A DNA stretch of 64,000 nucleotides, taken from assembly GCF_018350175.1 (NCBI RefSeq), contig NC_058384.1, forward strand, positions 62,868,001 through 62,932,000. The letters are read 5' to 3'. Position numbers and translations under genes: made by a program. This document shows positions 26,601-40,602 of the stretch, piece by piece (the first letter of the stretch is position 1; the number at the start of each line of letters is the position of its first letter). The stretch comes from Felis catus. Taxonomy: Eukaryota. Below the pieces are notes generated by a model. That model did not search any database and had not been told where the DNA came from. It saw only the letters and a list, made by a program, of their open reading frames with translations.

Positions 26601-28074
26601 ACCTATTAAGTGCTATTATTAAATAATAGTCATCCCATTCCCGTGATCTCACATCACCAGGTAATTCTGTCCAAAGGTAACCTTCCGTGTTCCACTGTCC
26701 CTGAAGCTCAGGGAGGAATCTAGGTTTTTTTCCTTGGCTACTACTCTCTACACCAAAGTCATTTCTCCTTTGATCTGACCAAGGTGGATAGGAAATGATC
26801 TCACGGTGCCACTGCCTTGCACCCATCTACCTAATCTCACCGGACATAAATCTCCTATCGTGAGCTTCCCACGGATCCCCTGTTGGAGGAGACATCTGTG
26901 ACTTGGGCTTTCTCCAACGGGCTTCACGTCCCAAAGAGTCTGTGAATGCCCTCACTTCCTGCTCAAAGGAGTATTGTGTTTGATGTAATACACCCGGTAC
27001 TTAGCTGAATCAGGGGTCCCGTGACCTCCTCCCTCCCGGGGACTCCACCTTGTCCCACCTCCCTCCACCACGATTAGAAGGCTTTGGGTCCGCCTTTTCA
27101 TGCACACCTCAGGTCAGCGTGTCTAGAACACACATGTGCCAGTGCCACCAAATTAGAAGTCCTGACGGTCACAAAGGGCTACATTATGCAGCTCACAATT
27201 TTCAGAGTAGTTTCACACATTGTTTCATTGGATCCTGCTAACACATCCTAAAACACAGGCAGACAATGTTGCTGGCTCTGTTTCCCAGGTGAGAAGCCCG
27301 AGGATTGGAGAAACGGAGACCCTTGGCCAAAGTTTCACAGCAGTGCAGAAACTGAAAGGCAGAGATTCTGACTTCCTGTCTGGTGCTCCTTCTACCTCTA
27401 AATCTCAATCAACAAAAAAGATGCCAACAGATAACCCTGGAGCCCAGGGACTAGTCCAAGAGGCCCATAAAAAAAAGGGCTGTTTCTGCTGAGCTTGGAC
27501 AGCAACTAAATCAAGTCACCTCTGAATACTTTCCAACCTCCCAGGGAAATGTCCCCGCAAGGACATTGTACTTTGGGTCAGCCTGTTTACCGATCTAAAT
27601 TAGAAGCCTCTTTCCATGGGAAATCACAAACTTTAACTGTTTCTGGCCCATCTACCCCAACAGCTCACATAACGAAGACCCTTCTGTGTTCCCCCTCACA
27701 TCCGGCCCCCCGTCGTGGAATCAGCTTGAATGAAGTCCTTTGCTCACCTACTTGCCCCTCACTAAATTGACAGACCCCAAGACCAAAGACCTCATGACTC
27801 CCCACACCTAGCACCTAGTAGAGAGCAAGCAGGCATTCAAATGTGCAAATGCAACAGATACACGAGCCCTGAGGGGACGTGCTTCCCACTACATTCGTTG
27901 AGCCCCCACCGCAGAAACTCCTCTGGCCGCAGAAAACAGTAAGAAAATAGGAAAGCACTCCTGCTTCACTCACAACCAAGACTTTTTCCAAATCCATTCC
28001 CCCAAGTCTCAATTCTCTCTTCTCTGGAGAAAGATGGAGAAGGACTAAATTTGTGGATGGAAAACCTGGACTAT

Positions 28075-28185
28075 CAGACCTACTTGAGCCCAATGAAGAG
28101 AATTTTAATCTGTTAGACCTTGGGTGGGGCCTGAGAAGCCACAGTTTTTCAACTCACTAGGTGGTTCTGATGATCAGCCTCAACC
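28075..28185. mobile_element. MER5-like hAT fragment
   Basis: gggtggggcctgagaa...taggtggttctgatg motif. Confidence 0.55.
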
Positions 28186-28659
28186 GACAAACATCATGCA
28201 CACAGTGGGCACTTGACAAGGTGCCTGGTTTTACTTTAGTACAGCCGACATGGCAACTGCCTCGTGAAGTCAACTTCCAGAGCCCAGTGTGAAGATTCTG
28301 GACTAACTTATCCCTGCAAGGTCTCATTCTGCTCAATAGCGAGAGCGCCTCTGGAAAGGCCTCTTCCCTGCCTTGGACGTTGTACCCTGATGTAAGCGGC
28401 AGCAGAGAGGGCCCAAAGCACTCGGTTTCTCCTGTTCTTGGGAGGTGACAGAAACAGGGCTTTCAGCAAGTGTCATGTGGTTATTGCCCGAGAAATAGAG
28501 CAGAGCAGGTGAACACTCATCACCTGTGAAAGCGACGCCGATAAACAGCTCCGGAACGGTAACGTAGGAAGTATCTGCTGGGTGCAAAGCGCCACAGTCA
28601 ATTCCGTAGGAGAAATGAAGACTCGGCGATAACATATTTGTTACGGAGCCTTGTGGCCT

Positions 28660-28775
28660 CAAAAGTTAGAAAGACCTAGATTCAAATCCCAGCTCTGCCG
28701 CTTACAGGCTGAGAGAAACTGGACCGGTTACTTAACCTCTCTGTGCTTCTGCCTTCTCATCTGCCAGACGGAAGA
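28660..28775 (+). mobile_element. MIR fragment
   Basis: ttcaaatcccagctctgcc..cttaacctctctgtgc..ctcatctg core. Confidence 0.8.
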
Positions 28776-29105
28776 AATGCCACGCGCCTTCTGGGGCTAT
28801 CGTCATTACAGCCGGTATCAGAAACGGCTGTGGGCTCCCAAAACAGCTCAAGCAAAGTAGCAGGTATTTCCATATTGCAAGACTAGGTCTGGCACTAAGA
28901 TGTAGGGAGCCTAGCACAGCATCTCCCCTACCGAGACGCTTATAGGCAACAATTCTGCCGATATATTCGTGACGGCGGAGAGGTCTCTGACCTCAAGGGA
29001 CTCACTTCAGATGGGAAAAGTTAACACGCGTCAACCAAGCCAGACAATACGTGCACGACACTGCGTTCGGCTTCGTCACCAACTCTCTCAGCAATGCCTC
29101 GGTCA

Positions 29106-29289
29106 GGGGAGCCCCGGGTGGCTCGGTCGGTTAGGCGTCCAGCTCTCGATTTCAGCTCAGGTCGCGATCTCACGATTCGTGAGATCGAGCCCCGCGCGTT
29201 GGGTTCTGCGTTGGCAGCACGGAGCCTGCTTGAGATTCTCAGTCTCTCTCTCTCTCTCTCTCTCTCAACAAATACACTTAAAAAAAAAA
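29106..29289 (+). mobile_element. Can-SINE
   Basis: Head, (CT)n, A-tail. Confidence 0.9.
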
Positions 29290-30063
29290 GCCTCAGTCAT
29301 AGCAAGAGAAACAGTCCTGCAGGGGTGGGAGCCAGACTCCGCAGTGGCTGAAGATCTGTATTTACTCATTTCGCAACACGCAGGGATCGCCTGCCGTGGG
29401 CCCAGCACAGGCTTCCACGAGATAGGACACTTCAACGACATGGGATCAGCAGCCTGAAGGAACTCACAGCCTCTTGAAGACTGGCATTTGCATATGAAGG
29501 GTTCTACAGAGACCGTGCAATCTGCTAACGAAGCCGAGATCAGGGGCAGCTCCAGAGGATGTAGCGTTTGAGCTCGGCCTGTTGGGACACACGGATATAA
29601 AGAAGTGATAAGGGAGGACACTTCGAGCTGGGGAAACGGGGGACGGGACACGTGAGACAGAGGTAGGAAAGCATCATGGTGCATTTGTGGCAATGACAGG
29701 ACACTGAGGAGGAGGGAGAGGAGGGAGTCAATGCTGTGGCCACGTGAGCAATGATGGCTGACCAAAAAAAAGAAAAAAGAAAAAGGAGGTCAGATGACAA
29801 AGAGCCCAGTTTATTCAATCGGGGGAGGAGACCTAGAGAAACAGTTATACAACAACACGTGGCACACGTGACCACAGGTCAAAGGGGGGAATTCTGAGAA
29901 GAGAGGGAGCACAGAAGGCAAGAATGGTCAGGTTGCAGCCAAACCAGAGAGAGGTATGCACACACAGACAACCACAGACACACAAAGAGAGAAAAGCTTA
30001 GACGGGGACCCAACACACCCGGGCGTGAGCTGATGGGAACTTTCACAAAAGCCAGCACATTTA

Positions 30064-30275
30064 GGGGCACCTGGGTGGCTCAGTCGGTTAAGCGTCAGAC
30101 TTCCGCTCAGGTCATGATCTCACGGTTCGTGGGTTCGAGCCCCACGTCGGGCTCTGTGCTGACAGCTCAGAGCCTGGAGCCAGTTTGGGATTCTGTGTCC
30201 CTCTGCCCCTCCCCCACTCATGCTCTGGGTCTCTCTCAAAATTAAATTAACGTTAAAAAAAAAAAAAAAAAAAAA
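30064..30275 (+). mobile_element. Can-SINE
   Basis: Head, polyA; TSD ccagYacattt. Confidence 0.94.
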
Positions 30276-31186
30276 CCAGTACATTTTGCATCTTCAAGTC
30301 GTCGTGAATCCCGGTATGCAGAGTAAAGTGTAAACTTCAGCCAGGGGTCATGGGGGCCCAATGAGAATCCCCCGGACTGGGTAAAGAATCAGTGGCTTCA
30401 TCGGGACCCATCCTGTGGTCACTCAACAGCCCTCCCACCAAAGTGATCAGCTGACCGGGAAGGGAAGGCCCAGGCTGGCCTCCCAGCCCAGCAGCTGATC
30501 CCTGGTGGGGAGTCTGGAGGCTCAAACGGACTTTCGCAAATTACGAGAGGAAGCAGGGGTTGAATGTGGGACAAATTTTTCCCTGTTTGTCCAATTTGCA
30601 AACTCCATTGTACCGCCTAAGTAAATAGCACATACTTCTGTCTTTTGGAAAGGAGAGAAAACAAAGATAGTGGGGAAAACCCGGAACCTCTACCCCTTTG
30701 ATACAAAGTGCAACAGATCAACTTCAGTTTGGAATACAAAATTTTTTTTGAGGCATTTTCATTCAGGGATATTGGATAATGTTGAAGAAAATGATCAATA
30801 TTTAAAATACCACTGAATATTTCATTCTGATATGATGAACTTTTTGTAAATATGCACACGGAATGAATTCTCCGTGAGGAGAATGAGCCACAGGGTAACA
30901 GATTGTGGAGTGAAATGAAATACAACTAAATGAATACGTCTCTAAAAGACAATGCAAAAGACAAGTGCCAAAACCCCCCAAGTGTATACGGAAATGAAGT
31001 GTATGATAAAGGCAATATTCCCCTTCAGTGGTAGCGGGAAATTTACTTTAAAAAATAGTGCTGGGACTGCCAGAATGCATTTAGAAGACTTAAAATCAGA
31101 TCTGCCCCTCATCTCAGACACTAGGGTAAATACCAAATGAGAGAACTGAATTAAAACCATCCAAATACTAAAAGAAAACATAGACA

Positions 31187-31390
31187 GGGGCACCTGGGTG
31201 GCTCCGTCGGGTAAGTGTCCAAGTTCGGCTCAGGTCAGGATCTCGTGGTTGACCAGTTCGAGCCCTGCGTTGGGCTCTGTGCTGACAGCTCAGAGCCTGG
31301 AGCCTGCTTCAGATTCTGTGCCTCCCTCTCTCTCTGCCCCTCCCCTGTTTGCACGCTCTTTCTCAAAAATGAACATTTAAAAATTTTTTA
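31187..31390 (+). mobile_element. Can-SINE
   Basis: Head; TSD actaaaRgaaaacataga. Confidence 0.94.
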
Positions 31391-33048
31391 ACTAAAGGAA
31401 AACATAGATAAATTTCCTCCCATCTCTCACAGGAGAAAAATCTTATAATGCTTCAAACATCCAGAAGCACTAAAAGATAAATTTAACTATATAAAAGCGT
31501 ATAAACTATATGAAACTATAGCAGAAACAATTCGATAACCATTAATTTTTTTCCAGTACCTTATTATAGTTACATAGAGGTGTGTCCTTATTCTTAGGAC
31601 AGGGATCTTTAGTATTTAGTGAGAAAGAGTCATAATTTCTACAACAGACTTTTAAGTGGAACAGCAGTAGTGTGTAAAAAAGAAGATGTAACAAATACAG
31701 CAAAATTATTAAAAACTGGTGAACCTAGATAGAGTTTAGAGGTTCACTGTACTGGCCTTTCAAGTTTTTAATTTTTCAAACACAAAAAGTTGTATGCAGT
31801 TGGGTGGAGGTGGGAGGCACAGAACACCATAAAGAGTCAAAAAACAAATGACAAAGTAGAAGAGATATTTGCAACTGATCTCAAAGGACTTGTGTCCCTA
31901 ATAGGCAGTGAGCTTCCAAATTTTAAGAAGAAGACCAAAACTCTGATAGAAAAATGGCAGAAGATCTTAACACTTTACTGAAAATAAATGCTGGTGGCCC
32001 TTCTACAAAGTAAAGGGTGCTCAATCCCACTCAAAATAGATGCAAGTTAAAACTACACAGGGATACGATTTCTCACATATGAGATTAACTCAACTCCATG
32101 CTTCATGACACTGTTGGCCAGGGTATGGAATGTTAAATGGTATCATCTCTATGGAGAGAAGCCTGGCAAAACCTATCAAAAATGCATATGCATTTCCCCT
32201 TTGGCCCAGGAACTCCCCCTTCTAGAAATCTATCCCCAAAGCAAAAAAACAGCAAAACTCTTAAAAGATTTTTGCCTAAGGTAATGCATTGTGACACAAT
32301 TTTTAACAGCAAAAGGCTAAAAATGATCTAACAGTCAATACGGAAGGAGTTGACAAATCATGTTCATCAGGATACAATGCCATACAGCTGTATGGAAGGA
32401 AGAAAAAAAGGAAAACGAAGAGGAGGAAAGAAAAGAAAATGAAGAAGAGCTCCATACGCTTACGTGGTTTCCAGGATATATTGCTAAGTGAACAAAAACA
32501 ATATGGAGAAAACAAGGTTAACATCACCCATAATGGAACAAACCAACATCGTGTACCTCCCAATAGGATGCACCATGAAGGACAGAACATCACTTCTGCA
32601 GCATTCCTGTCCCAAATGGTAACCCTAAATCTAATCATCAGGAAACATGAGTCAAACCCCAAATAAGGGACACCTGCAAGTTGAGCTGTAGTCTTCAAAA
32701 ATGTCAAGGTCATAAAAGAACAACTGAAGAACTATTCCAGATTAAAGAAGACTAGAGAGACAGAACATACCATACCATCCAGGACTAGATCCTGACTGTA
32801 AAAAAAAAATTATTTTAGTGGCAATTAATGGTAAAATCTGTAGATAATGTGTGTGTGGGTGGGTGGATGGATGGGTGGGTGGGAGGGAAGGAAGGAGAAG
32901 CAAGGTGAAGAATAAATTGCAATTCTTCCTTCTGTATTTGCAACTCTTCTGTTTGAAATTCAAAGAAAAAAAAACCAACATGGCAAATGGTAAATAGAGT
33001 ATGTTCCCTTTTCTGTTGGGATTTAGGGAAGAGATGGACACATACACA

Positions 33049-33587
33049 CAGATGAACAACGCAGGGGCTGGGACACCACCTCCCCGATCAACAAAGTGCG
33101 TATAACTTTTGACTCCCCCAAAACTTACCTACTAATAGCCTACTACTGACCAAAGCCTTACCAGTAACAGTCAATTAACATATGTTTTGTATGTTTGGTT
33201 TTACGTAGTATATTCTTTTTTTTTTTTAATTTTTTTTCAACGTTTTTTATTTATTTTTGGGACAGAGAGAGACAGAGCATGAACGGGGGAGGAGCAGAGA
33301 GAGAGGGAGACACAGAATCGGAAACAGGCTCCAGGCTCTGAGCCATCAGCCCAGAGCCTGACGCGGGGCTCGAACTCACGGATTGCGAGATCGTGACCTG
33401 GCTGAAGTCGGACGCTTAACCGACTGCGCCACCCAGGCGCCCCATGTATATTCTTACACTATGTGCAATAGTGAGCTAAAGGAAATCTTAGGATAAAATA
33501 CTTTTACAGTAATGAATTCTATTTACCAACACCCACATCATCTAATTGGACCCACGGTTCAAATCCGTGTTGTTCAAGGGGCAGCTT
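33049..33587. mobile_element. Tigger2/MER8-like TcMar-Tigger element with a SINE insertion
   Basis: TIR remnants tgaacaac...gtgttgttcaaggggcagct; internal gtataacttttgactcccccaaaactt..actaatagcctact. Confidence 0.75.
33218..33443 (-). mobile_element. Young felid Can-SINE
   Basis: CpG-rich near-consensus copy; TSD gtatattctt. Confidence 0.95.
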
Positions 33588-35227
33588 TATATTACATACA
33601 TTTACATCTGCAAAAGAGAAACACCAAAAAGCGTGTTATCCAAAAACTAATAATGTTGTTTACATACGGGATGAGAAGAGACCCAGGGCAGATGGTGAAC
33701 ATCTCAGAATATACCATGTGAACAGCTGTGAATCTGTAGTCCTAGGTTATTCAAAAATTTAACGTAAAAATTTGAAACAAGTTGGAGATACAATCCGTAA
33801 GGAAAATCAGTATTTCACAGGCTTTCAGAACACAGTATTTGGACAATACTTGATGACAATAAATACTTGATAGAACAGATTCTAAGGACAAAGAACTGCA
33901 ATGAAATCTTCAACTTTATTCGGTATTAGTAGTAGCAATATTGGTATTTCGGGGGAGAAAGTATTCTGTATGTTATAAGACAACATTGTGAGGAACCAAG
34001 ATTTTTCAATAAAAAAAAATACACAAGTATAAAATTAAAGAAATTAAAAAATCTGTAACATTCATTAAAATAGGAAATGGCAGTATAAATTTTTCAAAAC
34101 TATAGGTTTCCTCATTTTAACGATGAAAAGGCCTAGAAGCAAGCAATGAGTACCCCCAACACCCGAACTATGGTCTCTCAAATCCTTTTCTATGAAAACA
34201 GGTCTCCTTGAAGACGAGGCTGCTTCCAGGTCTGGGTTGGGAAATGTACAGACCCAGCCAGGAAATAGATCAGCCTAGGATATCTCCATGCGCCACAAAG
34301 CAGGGAGGCCATAAAAACTAATGGGAAAATTGTTTTTTTGTAATGAATGGGGTCATGTCAAAAGGACACTAGAGTGGAAGAATCATCCCTATCAAAACAG
34401 GACACAGCAGGAGCATCAAAATGAGTAACGGCTATAAAAGTTGTGAAACACACTGAATAGATCATATATAGGTGTTCAGGAGTCCCCCAAAATTCCAGAG
34501 TGGAAGGACATTCCCCCAGACAACTGAACCAGTTTCTTCAAAGTCGCATCAGAGGGGTAAAATAAAGGAGGCAGGGGGTCTACTTTTGCCAATAGTCCAG
34601 AGTCCTAACCACCCAGTGCAATGCGTATACCTGCATTCGGATCCTCGTCCCAACAAACCAAGTATAATTTGAAGACAGTTGGAGGAAATTTAAAGGACCA
34701 GTACAGGGATTGTGTTGCTAACTTTTGTAGGTGTGTAAGAGAAGTCCCCATTTTTATGCAGATTCATATTCAAGGATAGAGTGGTGAAACGTGATCTCAT
34801 GACTTTACATTAAAATATTTCAACAAAATAATGGAAGAAGGTTGTAGATAAAGCAGATGTGGCAAAATCTTAAAAGCAATTAAATCAAGGTAATGAGTAT
34901 TCAGAGGCTCGTTATATTACCCTCTCTACTTTTGTGTATCTTATAATTTTTTCACAATAAAATGTCTTAAAACAGACTTCCCAAAGACCTACTACATACA
35001 CAGCACAATGTGACCTTGGATTCTGGAGGGTTTGCTAGTCTTCCCAAAAATTCAATTTAAGATTTATGGACAACCTGTATGGAATAAAAATTAAAACAGT
35101 AATTCTCATTTTCTTACATGCCCACCAGATAGTTCATTACACTTTCTAGCGTCAGGATTTCTAAGCACCATTGGAAGTTCAGAGCACAGTTTCTGGACAT
35201 TTATTCCATCATCAGAAGGCAACTTTA

Positions 35228-35431
35228 GGGGCGCCTGGGTGGCTCAGTCGGTTAAGTAGCTGACTCTGGATTTCGGCTCAGGTCATGATCTCAGGGTTTG
35301 TCAGTTCAAGCCCCGCGGCAGGTTCTGCACTGAGAGGGTAGAGCCTGCTTGGGATTCTCTCCCCCTCTCTCTCTGCTCTTCCCCCACTCATGCCCTCACT
35401 CTCAAAACTAACTTAAAAAAAAAAAAAAAAA
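35228..35431 (+). mobile_element. Can-SINE
   Basis: Canonical head, polyA. Confidence 0.94.
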
Positions 35432-35845
35432 AGACAATTTTAACGGATTACATGTCTTGCTTTACATCATTTTCATTCTGCTAATTATTGCACACGAGAA
35501 AACCGTCCATGAATAATCTTGTCATACTCAATAGGAGGTTCTCTACTTCAACATAATGACCTTAACTTTTCAGGAAGGGGTTACTCCACCCTGACTGTAA
35601 ACACTGAATTGTTGCTTTATGTCTCCCACGTGGGGACATTATCTGAACAATGATCCCACACCCCTTAACAGGAAAGGGTTCCACTTTCTGAGAAGGTACA
35701 GACAATAACAGAAAACTCCTTCCTCTTTAGTAATAACCATAAAAATTACTAACTTTCGCTGTTATTTTTATTTTCATTTTTTATAGTAGATCCACGTCGT
35801 ACATGGCAGGCACCTCATAACCTCCAGTTTACAAATGCACCCGCT

Positions 35846-36053
35846 GGGGAGCCTGGGTGGCTCGGCTGGTTGGGGGTCTGACTCTCGATTTCAGTTCAGG
35901 TCACGATCCCAGGTCAGGGACTCGAGCCCCGCGTCGGGTTCCGCGCTGAGCACAGAGCCTGCTTGGGATTCTCTTTCTCTCTACCTCGACGCATCTCCCC
36001 TCCTTATGCTCTCTCTAAAATTTAAAAAAAAAATTTTTTTTAAATAAAAAAAA
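35846..36053 (+). mobile_element. Can-SINE (older)
   Basis: Diverged head, A-rich tail. Confidence 0.88.
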
Positions 36054-36495
36054 CGCAACCACCGAGATGCTCAGATTTTTCGCCCAAAGTGACACAGCTA
36101 ATAAGTCAGCGTCCTCCTCTGTAAAAGGGAGGAGGCGCACCTGTCACCACCCGCTGCGCCATTCCGAGCACGTCACCAGGCCTCAGTTTCCTCACCGGCA
36201 ATATGAGGAAGCTGGACTACAGACGCCCTCAAAGTCTGATTAGTCTACCCCTTTTCAAACACAGTTTCGTAAACGGAAAAAACCCTCAAGTTCCAAGTCC
36301 TTTGGCCGAAAGGCATCTCACTGTACCCCAACACGGCTCCACAGGGATCCTTTGTCTTAACCCCGCAGGAGGAATTCTGCCCTGGAGATGCGGGTAAATA
36401 GAAAATTACAGAGCAGGGAGCCTTTTGAGAACGTGCACCCGAGAGAGGAACTCGGGGATTAGAGAACAGAAGCATCAACACTTCTCCAAGAGCCA

Positions 36496-36561
36496 GAGGA
36501 GACAGACAGACCCGGGAGGAGACAGACAGACTGCGGAGGAAAGAGACAGACTGCGGAGGAG
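36496..36561. repeat. Minisatellite, 20-bp unit, about 3.3 copies
   Basis: gaggagacagacagacccgg / gaggagacagacagactgcg / gaggaaagagacagactgcg. Confidence 0.9.
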
Positions 36562-36980
36562 TGTGGTGGGCAGATAAAGGAACTGGGGGGAGGGGGGCCA
36601 AGGGGGGGGGGTCTACATGGAGAATGTGCAGAAGCACATGTTAAAAAGTACGAGGGGGGGCAGGAGGACCTGAAAGGATTCTCCCCTCCTCTCCTGCACC
36701 AGATCCCCAATCTTTCCCTTGTTTCCCCACTCCTAATGAGCATCACAACTGCACAAATGTCCCCCCCCCCCTTGAAGGAACTGCCAACTTGCATAACAAT
36801 TCCTCAGTTTGTACTCCCTTAAAGCTGCCTTTCACTTTTTCACTGGGCTGAACATGCGCAAAATCACTTCTGTTTCTTTAGGACAGATCCCCAGAAGCAG
36901 CAGTTATTTGGCAAAAGGGTAGGAAAATGTTGAAATAGCTACATACAGGTGCACATGCACACATGTATATAATCAAGCTG

Positions 36981-37186
36981 TGGTTTGTTTTTTGTTTTTT
37001 TTTCCTTTTTCTTTTTTGAGAGACAGAGTGTGAGCAGGGGAGGGTCAGCGAGAGAGGGAGACAGAATCTGAAGCAGGCTCCAAGCTGTCAGCACAGAGCC
37101 CAATGTGGGACTCAAGCTCAGGAACCGCGAGATCATGACCTGAGCCGAAGTCGGACACTTACCCGACTGAGCCACCCAGGCGCCCC
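36981..37186 (-). mobile_element. Can-SINE
   Basis: Reverse-complement head; TSD taatcaagctg. Confidence 0.94.
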
Positions 37187-37594
37187 TAATCAAGCTGCTT
37201 TCTCAAGGTTGTACCAACTGATGCTCCTACCGGCAGCAGAGGAGACCTTCTATTATTCGTGGACTAGGATCACATTTGTCACCTCGGCCCGTACACCGGC
37301 TTATCAGCATGCCCACTGCCTCCGCGATGCCCTCCGTCTCCCATCCAACAAGCCCAGGACCCCCAGCGTATTTCCCTCTCCGAGACTTCAGAGGGCAACT
37401 CTAGGCAATTTCCAAATAGCTCCGCAAATCCTCTCACCAACAAGAACACCCTTCCCTAGCCTCCCATACCCACGAAGACAAGACAGAGATTCCTTAGCCC
37501 TGGCTGTTAAGTGCCCCGGAATCCAAGCGAAACCTACAGCTGCAGAACAGAGTAGGGGGACTCATGTACTTTTTCTGTGTGTATAATTTTACTA

Positions 37595-37890
37595 CATTTT
37601 TTTATTTGAATTCCAGGATAGTTCCCACACCGTGTTATATTAGTTTCAGGTGTATCACGCAGGGACTTAACACTTCTATACATTACTCAGTGATCATCGT
37701 ATGTGTCCTCTTAATCCCCGTCACTATTTCATGTATTTTTTTTATTATTATTATTCTCAAGTTACTTAACATACAGCACAGCCTGGGCTTCAGGAGTGGA
37801 ACCCGGTGTTACATACGACACCTAGTGCTCATCCCAACAAGTGCCCTCCTTAAGGCCCATCGCCCATTTAGTCCATGCTGCCACCCCCCC
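37595..37890 (-). mobile_element. Two short carnivore L1 3'-end fragments
   Basis: gttatattagtttcaggtgta..cttaatcccc and cagtgctcatcccaacaagtgccctccttaa-like motifs. Confidence 0.7.
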
Positions 37891-40376
37891 TATTTCCTGT
37901 GCTTTTTAATTTAAAAAGTCACACAAGTAGTTCCTGCTAAGGCTGACCGAACCCTCTTCACGTTGCCAATTTTTAAATAAAAAATGAACAGCAGCAGTAT
38001 AAGTTCTTTGCTTATTTTTTGCCATTTGGTGTTTTGTTTTGGTTTTTGGCTTTTCTGAGAATGTGGAGTAAACCCAGCGACGTCAGCTCTATGTAAACAG
38101 AAGCTGAAATGCAGGGACATCCCCATACGGTCCTCGGGGACGGGCACCCAGGCGTGCTGTCTGCGGAGCAAACCCCTCCCTATTACTCAGACAGCACATC
38201 GCCTGTGTCGGGCACTGAGCCCAGACCCCGTTTCCAAACTGGAGGAAGGTGAAAACCTCTCTGGAATGTCCGGACCTCCTAATACCTCTCCCTGCCTTCC
38301 CTCAGGGGCTAGTGAAATAGCTTCCCCACCCCACCCCTTCATGGACTCCAAACAGACCCTCTTCTGGTTAGGACAGTGAAACGGTCCAGTTTCTAGATTT
38401 TTCTTTAAAAGGAGAATATGATGTGAGGGTCCAGAAGTTACTATCCCTACCTCCCAAAATACCCATGATAACATATTACCAGGCAGCTTTTAAGAGACTG
38501 GTCGGTCACATCATCAAGACAAGGGGCTCCTATGTTGGGGTCCGAGGAATCCCCGTGAACTTTCTCACAGGCTCCATGGACCCCCTGAAATGAGATGCTA
38601 GGTTCAGTTCACGAGCAGTTTTCGGAAGAGAGAGGCCAAAGAGCTCATTAGATTTCCACAGGGTCCGTGACTCAAAGGAACCAAGCGTCCACCGGGTGTG
38701 GAGTTCTGACTCATCCCCAGCGAACCCACACTCGCCCCCACCTCTCGCACAGCCCTGGATACGCAGCGCGTGTTCAGGACGTAGGGAGCAAATCCAAAAA
38801 TATCAAGTGACTCCTCAGAAACCAGTGGTTATACAGAAGGGCTCTACAAATACTGATCAATCACGCAGGAAACACTGGAGGCCAAGGACGGTTTGGGTTT
38901 TGGGGGTTTTTTTTAAATGAAGAGTTGACGGAGTATCAGCCAGGCACAGTGCCCACTAAGCAACTGTCATTGATGAAATAGCTCATTCTTTTGATCTCTA
39001 TCTTCTCCTAACACCACTGGGAAGAGGGACCCTAGGATGTGCCAGGGCCTGGAAGGCAGAACAATGTTCACGGGCTCATGTCTGGCGAGAAAGTGGAAAC
39101 CAGTGTGGAGTATGTGGACTTGTCCCCGCTCAGATGGGTCTCAGGCTCCCAGGAGGCTGTGAAAACGCCTCCTGTGTTCACATGTACAAGCGCACATACA
39201 TGTGTATGCACATACGTGCCAGGCCAGGCAGCTTTATCTGCACAGGACCTTCCCAGAGGGCGGGAAGGGTGCAGCCCCAGCAGCTGTCCTGGGAGAGCCT
39301 ACAGGGGTCTCCCCGTAGCGGCCCGACAAGGTACATTCGGGACACCAGCCCCTCTTTTTATTCCAGGAGCACAAGGGCACATTGTTCACCGATGGGTTCG
39401 ACGACCTGTCTGAAAGGCCAGGAGGGAGGAGGCCAGCAGTCCTGACCTGGAGGGCGACTGGGGCTCTGTGGGGCTCGGGGTCCCGAGCTGCCAGGGCCCA
39501 CGATGTGTCTGTGGGCTTTCCCACGTTCCCTTCCCTTCCCCTCAAACAAGAAAGATGACAGCATTAGGTTGCATGAGTTCATACCCCCGTGTCTAGAGAA
39601 GGAGAAATCTCATGATGAATTACCTGGCAAGAATTCATCAGTTAAAAAAAAAAAAAAAAATAGCTACCAAGAAGTTGGCACCGAAGCATCAGACACGGGC
39701 TGCGATCCATTTAAACAGAAGCAAGTAAATCCACACACGCATCTCGTCGCTACTGGCCGAGACCGATCTGATAAAGACGGGAGCCATGTGTGGAGAAGGG
39801 CAGTATCTGGAGAGACAGCCGATGCAAACAGAGCAAAATGCACAAAATGAGCTCCTATCCCCGGGAAACAGAAGCCAGCATTTTCTGATTAGATAATGCC
39901 CCCAAAATGGATTAATGCTGTCCACACGGGCACTTTCAACGCCTGTCCTCCTCCCTGGCGCTGTGGTCTATAGATCGGCAAGAAGCTGCAGGAGAGCTCG
40001 AGAAACTTAAAAATGAAATGGGTTTCACTGTGATGCAGGCACTGGAACGAAGGCTGCCCCTCGTTTCCAAAGCTGATGAAATACACACTTAACCCGCAAA
40101 GAAACTACGGGTCTATGTGGGAACATCAAGACAGCCCTCTGATGAAGCTCTTAGTTGTTAAAGAAGATGCTGGGGGGGGGGGGGGCAGCGAGAAGGGTGG
40201 CAAGGGGGTGAAGGGGTCTTCACATCACACATGGCAACTTCTGAGACACCCACCTGTCCCGGATCAGCAACCAAGTCAACAAATCAGAATGCTAACGTGG
40301 TCAAATCACAAACTATGCCTGCCCTCTGCCTGCCTGGTTGACTTTTTCCCACCTGTCACCTCTGGGACACAAATTC

Positions 40377-40602
40377 TTTTTTTTAATGCTTTTATTTATT
40401 TTTGAAGAGAGACAGAGAGAGAAACAGAGCACAAGCAGAAGAGGGTCAGAGAGAGAGAGAGAGGGAGACACAGAATCCGAAGCAGGCTCCAGGCTCTGAG
40501 CTGTCAGCACAGAGCCCCACACGGGGCTTGAACCCACAAACCGTGAGACCGTGACCTGAGCCGAAGTCGGACACTCAACCGACTGAGCCAGTGAGGTGCC
40601 CC
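40377..40602 (-). mobile_element. Can-SINE
   Basis: Reverse-complement head, (GA)n; TSD gacacaaat. Confidence 0.93.

Larger units (their letters stand above)
30960..34970 (+). mobile_element. Mosaic of old L1M fragments (ORF2 3' end and L1MC/ME-like 3' UTRs)
   Basis: A-rich degenerate L1 motifs, e.g. gacagaacatcacttctg..ctaaatctaatcatcaggaaaca..aaatgtcaaggtcataaaag..ttccagattaaagaagactagagagac. Confidence 0.7.

Noticed and set aside
29649-29870. Second cluster of four CACGTG
   Set aside because: It lies in what looks like an L2 relic and probably reflects local CpG content
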